From NCBI GenBank assembly GCA_963663405.2, contig CAXXSM010000047.1, forward strand, positions 1-59,236: 59,236 bases of DNA, given 5' to 3'. This DNA is from a bacterium. GTDB taxonomy: Bacteria; Hinthialibacterota; Hinthialibacteria; Hinthialibacterales; Hinthialibacteraceae. Below are positions 29,012-39,510 of this stretch, one piece after another (within the stretch, counting starts at the first letter, position 1; every line of letters begins with the position of its first letter). Under the pieces are notes generated by a model, which saw only the letters and a program-made list of their open reading frames with translations, was not told where the DNA came from and did no database searches. A program made the translations under genes and the position numbers.

Positions 29012-32000
29012 AATATTTCCATGTACGGCAATTTGACCCATTACTCCCCCCTCCATCGGCCAGGATGAGTAAATGATTGGCTGATGGATATCGCTTTCGC
29101 CCTTCATAACGCCACCACTTTTCGACGCATTCGACAGCGAATTCGGGGGTGTCAAAAGAGGTCCCGACAAAAACCGTTCCACAGTTCGCTTGACAATCGT
29201 AAATCCCATAAGGAATCCCTTTGCCTTTCGCAGTCGAAGAAAAATCATGATCGGAAACCTCGATTGATTTTTGGGTCCATGTGGTTCCTTGATTTTTAAA
29301 CGATCCAATTTTTTCTTTCTTTTTCGTATCCACACTTAAAATGGGATTGCCTTCTTGAGCGAATTGCTTTCGGATTTCTTCAATGTAAACAAATTGCTCA
29401 TTTCGATCGTTGGAGGAAGCCGACGAAACACTTTTTTTATTCACCCGCAGAGAGAAATCCAATTGTTTCAAAATCCGAGCAACGGTTCGTTCGCTTATTT
29501 GGATGTCTAAGCGTTTGAGTTCTTCGGCCACTTTACAGCATGTCTTTCTGGTCCACTTCAGACCGGTCATCGGATCTCCCGCTGTTTCGTAATTCATTAA
29601 TTCCTCAATGACATCTATGACTTTGTCAGTTTTTTTTCCACGGATTTTCGTCCGCCTCCAGGTTTACGTATGCGCTGAATCTCCACATCTTGCTCGATCA
29701 ATTCACGGCGCCCTCGAGATACCGTGCCCACGTCTATCCCCATGAAATTGGCGATGAGGCGGTCTCCCCCATGTCCCCATCGGAGCGATTCAAGTCCAGC
29801 ATATAAACGGCGTTGCTTTTCATCCAAAAGACTCATAAATAGAATGATCGCCGCTTTCAATTCATCGCTTGTCGATTCCGGTGCAATTCGTTGGGATTCA
29901 AATTCTTGTTGGATACGACGGGCCGTCACTTGTTGTTTTTTGATAGTGGATTGAGAAGAGCAATAAAGGTATCGTCCACAGATTTTTTCGCGATAGAGTC
30001 GTCCAGTATTGATCAATTGGAGTAGAGCTTCTTTACATCCTACATGAAGAATGTCTTGAAGCTCTGCAACGGAATATCCCGACTTGGAATGATTCACGAT
30101 AAATTCAAGAGTCGATAGCAAAGTACCATGCTGAGAAAAATAAACCGATTGATAAGACCACAGACCCTGCTCATCGAATTTGACAAGTTGTTGAATCGTG
30201 TAAAATCGTCCCCCATGAGAGTAACTCGTATGATAATTGAGTTCCTTCAACTTACGGAATACCGTTATGTTTGTGTTGGTACCCAAAACCTTTTTCATCT
30301 CTTCCATCGTTGCTATTTTTTGCGTTTTCAACATTAGTTCTAACTCTTTGGCATGGTAAAGTTTCGTATTCATCTCAACCTCAAAATGTTATAGTGTCGC
30401 CTCTATAAGCGATACTATAACATTTAGAATGAAAAATCAATCCTTCTCGCTTATTATAAAAAAACTGTTTTTTACCTTTTATTAATAGCCTTTTTGGAAA
30501 TTTTTCTATGTAAGTAAAAGAAATGTATTGTATTTCTAGTATGTTTGAGATTCGCTAATTAATCCGTAGTTATTTTTGCGCCAACCCTTAGGCGCCGAGC
30601 AGAAATCGCTTCTATATGAGGTGATTTTTGCCTATTCGCTCGATGAGAAAGATGAAGCCGACAAACGTTTGTCTGAGAAAAATTTCTGGCCCAAATTCGA
30701 CACGCTCTTACAAAATATCACCGTTGTGGATCCCGCCTGCGGTTCCGGATCGTTTCTTGTCGGGATGTTGCAAGTTCTAGATGACTTAGTCCAGCGCGCT
30801 GATAAAGTGCTGGGACGCCAGGAAACACCTTACGAGCGTCGCAAGCGCATCATCGGCCAGTCGCTCTATGGCGTGGACGTGATGAGGTGGGCCGTCGAAG
30901 TGGCTGAACTGCGCCTCTGGCTCCAACTCGTCATTGAAACGGAACTGGAACCGGCGGAACTCAAGTTCAGGCCGTTGCTGCCCAACCTTACGTTCAAGGT
31001 TCGGCGGGGCGACAGTCTGTTCCAGGAGTTCGGCGGGATCAACATGGCCCATTTGAAGAGCACATGCGCCGTTTCCCCGGCGCTTAAAGGACGCCTCACC
31101 AGACTCAAAGGCGAGAAACTGAAATACTTCAATAACGATAGGTCTTCCAAATTCAGTAGCGCCAGCGAAATCCAGCTGGAGGAATTCAAACTGTTTCGCG
31201 ATATCCTAGAAGCCCGAGCGCACGAACTTTCCAATCAACTGAAGCGGACACGGAGCAACCTGGCGGACACCACGACCAACTTATTTGGTGATACCGTTGG
31301 CGTTGTCTTAGAAGCCCAACGGCACATGAGCGAGGCCGAGGCAGCAACGTTCCAGGCCGAACTTGATCAGACGACTACCGCTCTTGATGCTCTCCGCCGG
31401 GTAAAAGACACACCGTTCGTCTGGGACATCGCTTTCGTTGAGATTTTCGATGGCGAAAGGCGGGGTTTTGATATCGTCATCGGTAATCCGCCTTATGTTC
31501 GGCAAGAGAACATCTCCAATCCCTTGGTGGCGCGTGACGAGGTCACAGCGGTCAACAAGAAGGAGTACAAGAATAAACTCATTCGCTCGGTCTATATGGC
31601 GTATCCCGATTTCTTCGGAGCCAATCCAGAAAAGCCGACGTACAAACTCAACGCCAAGAGCGATCTCTACATTTACTTCTTCTTTCAAGGGCTTTCGTTG
31701 CTCAATGAAAAAGGCTCGTTTTGTTTTATCACTTCGAACTCATGGCTCGATGTGGGCTACGGGAAAGACCTGCAGGTGTTTCTCCTCGCTCACAGCCATG
31801 TCAGAATGGTTCTCGACAACAAAGCAAAACGCTCCTTCGCTTCGGCGGACGTTAACACGGCGATTGCCCTGCTTGCCCCGCCGGTAATGCGTAGCGGCAA
31901 GGCGGAGGAAAAGACCGCGCGTTTTGTGATGTTTACGCTACCTTTTGAACAAATCCTCTCGCCGATTATCTTCGATGAAATCGAGACGGCGACGGAGCGC

Positions 32001-33063
32001 AAGACCACCCCGGAATACCGGCTGTTCCCAATTGACCAGACAAATCTTTTTGAAGATGGCTGCGATATGCCAGAGGAAGAAGAAGACCGGAAGACCTCAG
32101 GACGAGGGGGCAAGAATAAGGCGCACGGCCCGCACATCAAGGTGACCAGATATATCGGAAACAAGTGGGGCGGTAAATATCTGCGGGCACCGGATATCTA
32201 TTGGACGATTCTTCAAAAAGGAAAAGGCAAACTCGTCCGGCTCGGTAATATTGCGGAAGTGCGTCGTGGCTTTACAACAGGCGCGAATGAGTTCTTTTAT
32301 CTCAATGAAGAGCGCATCAGGGAGTGGGGGATTGAAGAGGAGTTCTTGAAACCGGTAATTATAAGTCCTCGGGAGTGCTCATCTATCAAAGTCATACCAA
32401 GTGAATTGAAGCGCCGTGCATTCGTGTGCCATGAGAAGAAGCAGAATATTCCCGGGACGGCTGCATACCAATATATACAGTGGGGAGAACAAAAGGAATT
32501 TCACAATAGGCCAAGCTGTTGTTCTCGTCCACGATGGTATGAATTCCCGGAAAAGGAATGGGCACATGTTCTGTGGCCCATGATCCATAATGATCGTCAA
32601 AGTGTTTTCTGGAATCCCTATGGAGTGGCAGTTGACCATAATCTATTTGAAATATTGGGATTTGATGATGACCTTCTATGGGGAAGTCTTGCTTGGACTG
32701 CACAAGTAATGTTCAGGGAATTGCACGGGCGTGCTAATCTTGGCCAAGGTGCACTTAAAACTGAGGGGATAGATATACGAACGTTTGCTCTCTTATGTGT
32801 AAGAGACGATTCCATTGTTGAAGGCATTCGTTCTATGCGTAAAAAATTGAGTCAACGGGCAATTGGTAATGTGAAAGAGGAATCTAAGAGACAAGATAAG
32901 ATAGAGTTAGATAACATCTTTTTTGATATATTGGGGCTGTCAAGAGCCGAACGCGACGCCGTCTACGAAGCCGTTATCGATCTCGTGGAAGCGCGCCTGA
33001 ATAAGGCGGACAGTCTGAAGCCGAAAAGGAAATAGCCAGGATAAACTCACAGGGAGTCCCAAC

Positions 33064-33432
33064 ATGTCAGTAAAGGAATTGAAAAAGAATTTCCGCAATA
33101 TTATCGAGAACAATCCAGATGTCGATCCTTATGAGTTGCGGCGTATCTTCACGGAGGCAGTTCGCGAATGGGAACTCGAATGCAGGTGGGATGAAAACAG
33201 AAAGGGGAAACCCTGGATGGATGATGAACTACGTGTTGTTTTGGCCGATGCGCCAACGAAAGAGAACTGCTTGAAGCATGCGCGTGGTTTCAATCGTGGC
33301 TACGGCGCTATTGAACAGATTTACCGTTGGGCATCGGCTTCAGATAAAGTTATCCACGACAAGCGTTTGGACGACGCTTTTGTCAAACAGATCAAACGCA
33401 TCGCTAAGCAACTTGGCTGGCGTGCGGGTTGA
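33064..33432 (+). CDS. Hypothetical protein inside the defence operon
   Basis: GGGAG RBS; lies between the MTase and the helicase. Confidence 0.65.
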   Translation: MSVKELKKNFRNIIENNPDVDPYELRRIFTEAVREWELECRWDENRKGKPWMDDELRVVLADAPTKENCLKHARGFNRGYGAIEQIYRWASASDKVIHDKRLDDAFVKQIKRIAKQLGWRAG

Positions 33433-33479
33433 TACGTTGAGTTCATGTGTGAATTCCGGCGCGGAAAGGATGCTTGTCA

Positions 33480-33938
33480 ATGAATGAAGCGACCATAGGA
33501 TTGGTTGGTACTATACTGGGGACTCTTCTTGGAGTTGGCCTGACCTTGGTATACCAGTGGTTTACTTTCAAACTCCAACGCAAGGATCTGTTTCGCTTGG
33601 CGGCGTTGGATAAGCGGCTTGAAAAGCATCAAGAGGCGTTCATGCTCTGGCATGAGATGTTCTTACTTGTCCACAACAAAGAAGAACGTACAAACAAGGT
33701 CCTGGAATGTCAGGACTGGTGGTTTAAGAACTGCCTTTACCTTGATCCAAAGGCTCGTACGGCTTTTCGTAACGCAATGCTTTACCTGTTTGATTACGAT
33801 GGCAAAGACGAACAAATGCGAAGGGAAGGATGGCCGGAAATCGCGGGTGCTGGAGATGTGATCGCAGCGGCTGTGGATTTGCCGTCGATAGGGAACACAA
33901 TGGAAAAGTTCGAGAAGATGAATAAAAGACAAGCGTAA
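33480..33938 (+). CDS. Hypothetical protein with an N-terminal transmembrane helix
   Basis: IGLVGTILGTLLGVGLTLVY; GAAAGGA RBS. Confidence 0.65.
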   Translation: MNEATIGLVGTILGTLLGVGLTLVYQWFTFKLQRKDLFRLAALDKRLEKHQEAFMLWHEMFLLVHNKEERTNKVLECQDWWFKNCLYLDPKARTAFRNAMLYLFDYDGKDEQMRREGWPEIAGAGDVIAAAVDLPSIGNTMEKFEKMNKRQA

Positions 33939-33968
33939 GCGAAATTCCGATTATCATGAGAAACCGTT

Positions 33969-36900
33969 ATGCAACATGACATCATCGACAACCGCCGTGA
34001 GAAACTGGTGGACCACATTCAGACGATTCTTCCACAGGCCAATGTGGCTCGGTTTGCGGTAGGGTATTTTTTCCTTTCGGGTTTGGAAGCGCTTGGGAAT
34101 CAGCTAGAATCGATGCGGGAACTACGTCTGTTGATTGGAAATACCTCGAACCGCGAGACCATCGAACTGCTTGCCGAAGGGCGGCGACGGCTGGAACTAG
34201 TAGAAGAACGACTGGAAGAGCAGCGCTATTCAAAGAAATCGGAATTAAAACAGAGGGCGTATGAAACGGCGGAGAACTTGAAAGAATCGGTAGAAGTGAT
34301 GGATCAGACGGATGAAGGAGAAGAACTGGTCCGGGCTATATTGCGAATGATCGAGCAGAAGCGGCTACAAGTACGGATTTATACCAAAGGAAGACTTCAC
34401 GCCAAGGCTTATATTTTTGATTATACAACACCGAATCCGGGCAACCGTGGAATCGCTATCGTGGGCTCGTCAAATCTCACACTGGCTGGTATTCAGGACA
34501 ATACGGAACTGAATGTGCTAGTACATGACAACGCTAGCCCCACCCGCCCGGACAGTGGAAATCATGCGGCGCTGGTGACGTGGTTTGAGGAATTGTGGAA
34601 TGAGTCTCAAGATTTCGAAGTCCACCTGATGAATGAGTTGAAACAATCGTGGGCCGCGCGGTTGGTGACACCCTATGATATCTACATGAAGACGCTGTTC
34701 ACACTAGTAAAAGACCGACTCGACGGCGGCGAGGAGAAAGAGATTCTCTGGGATGACGAAATCACGCGTGACTTAGCAGACTTCCAGAAAGTGGCAGTGC
34801 GCCAAGCGATTCAGATGATCCGGGATAACGGAGGTTGTTTTGTATCAGACGTGGTGGGATTGGGCAAGAGTTATATCGGCGCTGGGATCGTTAAACATTT
34901 TGAGCGAACGGAGCATATCCGTCCACTGATCATTTGTCCGAAACCGTTGGAAGATATGTGGGAGCGTTACAACGAAGTATATCACCTGAATGCGCGGATT
35001 CTTCCGATGAGCCTGCTTCAATCGGGAGACCGAGGAGTGGATTTGTTGGAAGATGTGAAATATAAAGACCGTGATTTCATATTAATAGACGAATCGCATC
35101 ACTTTCGTCACCATACGTCACAGCGTTATGAAGAACTGCAACGGTTTTTAGCGACCGGTGGTGGGCGCAAGGTCTGTTTACTTACTGCAACGCCGCGCAA
35201 TAGCCGGGTTCTAGACGTGTATTATCAGATTAAGTTATTCCACCACGAGGAGATCACGTCGCTACCTATTGATCCACCGAACTTAAAAGAGTATTTCAAA
35301 GGAATCGAGCAAGGGGAAAGGCGACTACAGGATCTTTTATCACATGTTCTGATTCGGCGGACGCGCAGACATATTCTTCGCTGGTACGGGTATGCCGAGG
35401 ATACTGGTAATCCATTGCGTGGTTTTTCGGACGAGAAATGCAAACTTTACTTAATCGGAGCAAAACAGGCCTATGTGATTGTGGCAGGCAAACATCAGTT
35501 CTTTCCCAAGCGTGAGTTAGAAGCGCTTCGATACAGTATTGAAGACACTTACAACGGATTGTATCAAGAGTTGCGTCGCTATTTAGGACGTCCCGCAGGC
35601 CAGGGATACAAACCTATGCCGGGCAAACATCTTACTTATGCACGTTATGGACTCTGGAATTATGTTTACAAGGAGAAGCAGAAACGAACCCCTTACAACG
35701 ATCTTCGCCGGGCGGGAATCAATCTGCGTGGTCTGATCCGCACAAGTCTCTTTAAACGGTTTGAATCAAGCGTTGATGCTTTTCGCCAAACATTACAGCG
35801 GATGATTAACACCCATGAAATGTTTCTTAAGGCTTTGAAACAAGGATTCGTTCCAGCTGGCGAAGATGCGGAAGCATTGCTGGGAAAAAGTGGATGGATG
35901 GACGAGGACGATCTCCTTGAAGCGATCAGTAAAGTAACGGGACGATATGACATTGCGGATTTTGAGACGGACAAACTAAAGGAACACATAGATGCAGACG
36001 TATTTCTCCTGAAGAAGATGTTTAGTCTAATAGAACCAATCACACCAGAGGAAGATGATAAACTCCAAGAATTCTTAAGAAGGCTTGAACAGCCGCCTGT
36101 CGATGGAGGAAAATGCCTGATTTTTACTCAGTACGCCGATACGGCGCAGTATGTCTTTGAGAACCTTAATCCCGAAAAACACAGAGACGTCGAGATCATC
36201 TTCGGAACGGATAAGAGCAAACAGCGCGTGGTTGGCCGTTTCTCACCAAAATCCAATCCAGATTTTGTACCCCGGAAAAAAGAAGATGAGATTCGCTTAA
36301 TTGGTGGCGACTGATGTTCTGGCCGAAGGTCTGAACCTACAGGATTGCAGTGTGGTACTTAACTACGATCTCCATTGGAATCCGGTTCGATTGATCCAGC
36401 GATTTGGACGGATTGATCGAATCGGTTCGGAGCATGGGACTATCTATGGTTTAAATTTCCTCCCCGAAACGGCTCTGGAGAAGGAACTGGGGATTCGGGC
36501 CGTTTTAAACACGGCGCATCCAAGAGATTCATGACACAATTGGCGAAGACGCCGCCATACTCGACGCGAGTGAGAAACTCAACGAAGACGCCATGTATGC
36601 GATATATTCGGACAGCGATATGGCTGAACTAGAAGAGAAGGAAGAGGAATTCATGGATCTGAATGAAGCGGAAGAATTCTTTCGTAGTCTAAATAAGGAT
36701 GATTCGGAGGAATATAAACGGATTACTGAACTGAGGGATGGAATACGTTCTTCAAAACCTAGTGAGAACAGAAAAGGTCTTTATGTTTTTTGCCAGGCTG
36801 GACGTTATAATCAACTATTTCTCGTTCGAAGCGATGGTCAAATCGCTACACGAGATCTGCCTAGAGCGCTTGAAGCGATCAATTCCACTCGCGAAACACC

Positions 36901-37309
36901 AATAGGAAAAGCATTACCAAGAGATTATAACCACCGGTTGATGCACGTTCGGGATCAATTCGTGGAGGAAGTGAAACATCGAGAAGCACAACAGTTTCAC
37001 TCTATTTCTTTGCGTCAAGGACAGAGATATGTTTTGCGCGAGTTGCGCACCCTTTTCAGCTACACCGACGATGAAGATGAAAAGATGAGAATTAATGAAA
37101 TGGAGAAAGCGTTTCGTATGCCACCGACGGCCGCGGTGACAAAAGAATTGAACTTGCTTCGCCGTAATGGTGTGAGTGGTCAGACCCTCCTTAAGAAACT
37201 AATTGACATATACCATCATCATCATTTATCTGCTAGACTCGAACAAGGTGGATGCCAGATTGAGAAAGCGGATGTTCCACGGATTGTCTGCAGTGAGGCG
37301 TTTTGTTAA
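33969..37309 (+). pseudogene. PLD nuclease - SNF2/SF2 helicase fusion (restriction-type), two +1 frameshifts (~36300, ~36507)
   Basis: LHAKAYIF...GSSNLT; [28 protein letters not shown]; removing two A's gives 1112 aa; could be intact if these are assembly errors. Confidence 0.82.
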
Positions 37310-37385
37310 TTTATCCATCGCTCCTGGAGTAGTTCAGCGAAAAAATTACTGCGGGTAGAGATTACCGTACAAGTAACAGAATTGG

Positions 37386-39299
37386 TTATTCGAAGAGGAT
37401 CCAATCTGTAACGGAAACTGGTTCGCCCAATTTGATACTGAATGGTATGAATACAGTGTCTATGTCAAAACCGTTGGTGTCTACTACTCCAATGATATCA
37501 CAATCCAGCGCTACCTGTTCACCCTGCTCTCCAATGACACTGAATATCAATGTAGCAACATGGTTTTTGCCTACTGGATCTGTGATGCTTTGGAATTGAT
37601 AGGATGATATTCGTACACTTCCCGCAGATGGATCGACGCTAGGTTGTGTTAAGGGGAAAGGAATGTAAGAGGTTCCCTGTTGTGATTCTTCGTATAGCAG
37701 CATTAGAGGATCGTAGTGAATGGTAAGATTAAATCCTCCCAATGGTTGCGGGCCTGAGTGGATGTATAGATCTAATGACAATCTTTTATTTGGGATAGAA
37801 TCGACGTTAGTATACTCAAAAGCGATGTAATTGGTGTTTGGTATCTGCGCTGTTGGTATTGGTGTCGCCGCTGGCCATTCTGAAGTTGGTGTTGTAGTTG
37901 GCGGTATAGTTGGTGTCCAAGATGGTTCAGGAATTGGTGTATCCGTAGGTTCGATAATATTATCACTTTCGACCATCCAGCGGGCGCTTTTTGTAATCCT
38001 GGGGATTTCTTGGACGTTGGTATCGGTAAGAACTTGCGCGTCAATGCTGATAATGCCTTGTTGGGCGTCTTGGCTATTGGATTGAAAGGTTATTTTCGCC
38101 AATTCAATCCGCCCCATTGGACCATCCAATCGTCTGCTTTGGTATCCGTTGAATAGAATGGTTCCTTCTTCTTGATTGGCGTTAACTAGTGGAATCGGAA
38201 ATTCGTCTCCTTTTTGTGGATCATCCGTTGATTGATATTCGAGCATGCCGCTTGGATATTGAAGGACAAAACGATACGCGCCCAGCGGATAGTTTTTCGA
38301 ATCAACGACTATCATAGCGGTTGTTTCCTCACCCAAACTGAGGGAACGCCATTCAGGTTCCAACGAAACGATCGGGATATGATTGATTTCCGGTTCGGGT
38401 GTTGGTGTCGATGTCGGCGTTGGAGTAGGATCGTCTGGTTTTGGCGTGGGTGTTGGGATGAAAAATGGCGCGATAGTGGGGGTGACCGGTGGATTATCAA
38501 TGTATACACGCCGGAAAAACTGACTTACATTATTGTTTTGATCGACGACAGATAAAACCAACGTGAATGGATCTTTCGATCCCAGGTTGCGAATATCCCA
38601 ATCGATCAGTGTGTCTTTTTCGATTGTTTCCGCTCCAAGTTCGTTTGAATCGGCGATCACCTCGAAACGGTTGGGCTCCGCGCCCCATCCACAGCCCAGA
38701 ATCCAGGATTGGAAATTATCCCGGTCATTGGCTGTGCCTTGAATTGGGAAGGTGTTTCCTTGGATGTGTTGGTTTTCGTAAGGGAAGTGAATGTCAGCGG
38801 ATGGTTTGTTTGGATCGTATGTAAATAGAGAGGGTTGGTCGATGAATTCTATATTTCCTGCATTGTCTGTGGATTGAGTGTATAGAGATTTCTGGCCTGT
38901 TGTTAGAGTAGGAAAATCAATTTGCCATTGATCGTCTCCCACCGCTCGATTCCAGGTTTGCATATCATCGAAACTCACGGATACTTGGTTGACTTGACTC
39001 CCTTGCCCGTCGGCGCCGATTCCATACGCGATCGGCGGTAATCGATCGTAGGTCGAACCATTCGATGGGCGCGTAAAGAATGTTCGTGGAGCGTCGTCAT
39101 CGACCAACACCGGTAATGACAACTGGGAAGTGGTTTTCAATCCCGCCTCATTACGCACGATGGCGCGTACGCGGATTTCTGGGACCGCTATTTCGGGCAG
39201 TTCCGCATGCGCGTAAACAACACCATTTCCGTTCAGCGCCTGGCCTTGCAGGTTTATGAGCGTCAATCCATCCGAATCGACCAGCTGGAATTCAGTCAC
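37386..39299 (-). CDS. Ig-like + two cohesin-like domains with Pro/Thr linkers; apparently 5'-truncated
   Basis: PLGAYRFVLQYP and PLGGFNLTIHYDP cohesin-like segments; C-terminal VSVTDWILFE; no signal peptide. Confidence 0.65.
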   Translation of the reverse strand: MTEFQLVDSDGLTLINLQGQALNGNGVVYAHAELPEIAVPEIRVRAIVRNEAGLKTTSQLSLPVLVDDDAPRTFFTRPSNGSTYDRLPPIAYGIGADGQGSQVNQVSVSFDDMQTWNRAVGDDQWQIDFPTLTTGQKSLYTQSTDNAGNIEFIDQPSLFTYDPNKPSADIHFPYENQHIQGNTFPIQGTANDRDNFQSWILGCGWGAEPNRFEVIADSNELGAETIEKDTLIDWDIRNLGSKDPFTLVLSVVDQNNNVSQFFRRVYIDNPPVTPTIAPFFIPTPTPKPDDPTPTPTSTPTPEPEINHIPIVSLEPEWRSLSLGEETTAMIVVDSKNYPLGAYRFVLQYPSGMLEYQSTDDPQKGDEFPIPLVNANQEEGTILFNGYQSRRLDGPMGRIELAKITFQSNSQDAQQGIISIDAQVLTDTNVQEIPRITKSARWMVESDNIIEPTDTPIPEPSWTPTIPPTTTPTSEWPAATPIPTAQIPNTNYIAFEYTNVDSIPNKRLSLDLYIHSGPQPLGGFNLTIHYDPLMLLYEESQQGTSYIPFPLTQPSVDPSAGSVRISSYQFQSITDPVGKNHVATLIFSVIGEQGEQVALDCDIIGVVDTNGFDIDTVFIPFSIKLGEPVSVTDWILFE

Positions 39300-39510
39300 T
39301 TCGATCTGATCGTCGGCCAGAATATGGACGGATACTGTATCCGCGCCTTTTATATTTAAACCGCTTTTCCGGCTCTCACAGATCCTCCGTATCTTGAATT
39401 ATCATTAATCACTCTTTTACTTTTCCACCTTCTAATAACTCCGTGTAAATTAAACAGTTTGGATGAATTAATTATTTGAAATTGAAAAAATCAGATTTAT
39501 GTGTTTGCTT

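Larger units (their letters stand above)
27475..30373 (-). pseudogene. ISAzo13 transposase (-1 frameshift at A8, 29630-37), disrupted by IS1
   Basis: GGGRK, TAGDPM...WT, SVDTKKKE, ADGGGSNG, SKWNPIEHRLFS; split at ...WKYW|. Confidence 0.88.
27460..30587 (-). mobile_element. ISAzo13-family insertion sequence (1929 bp native), 3-bp TSD TTA
   Basis: Imperfect IRs GTGATCACGTAAAAAT / GGGTTGGCGCAAAAAT; TTA at 27457-59 and 30588-90. Confidence 0.85.
26239..33035 (+). pseudogene. Large Eco57I/type IIG-like N6-adenine methyltransferase with TRD, interrupted by ISAzo13
   Basis: GIFYTPR, DPACGSGSFL and GNPPY motifs; joining 27459 to 30591 restores NHL|GAEQ in frame (1221 aa). Confidence 0.9.

Noticed and set aside
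26239-37309. DISARM or BREX system
   Set aside because: No DrmA/DrmB (DUF1998), PglZ or BrxC seen; only an MTase and a PLD-helicase
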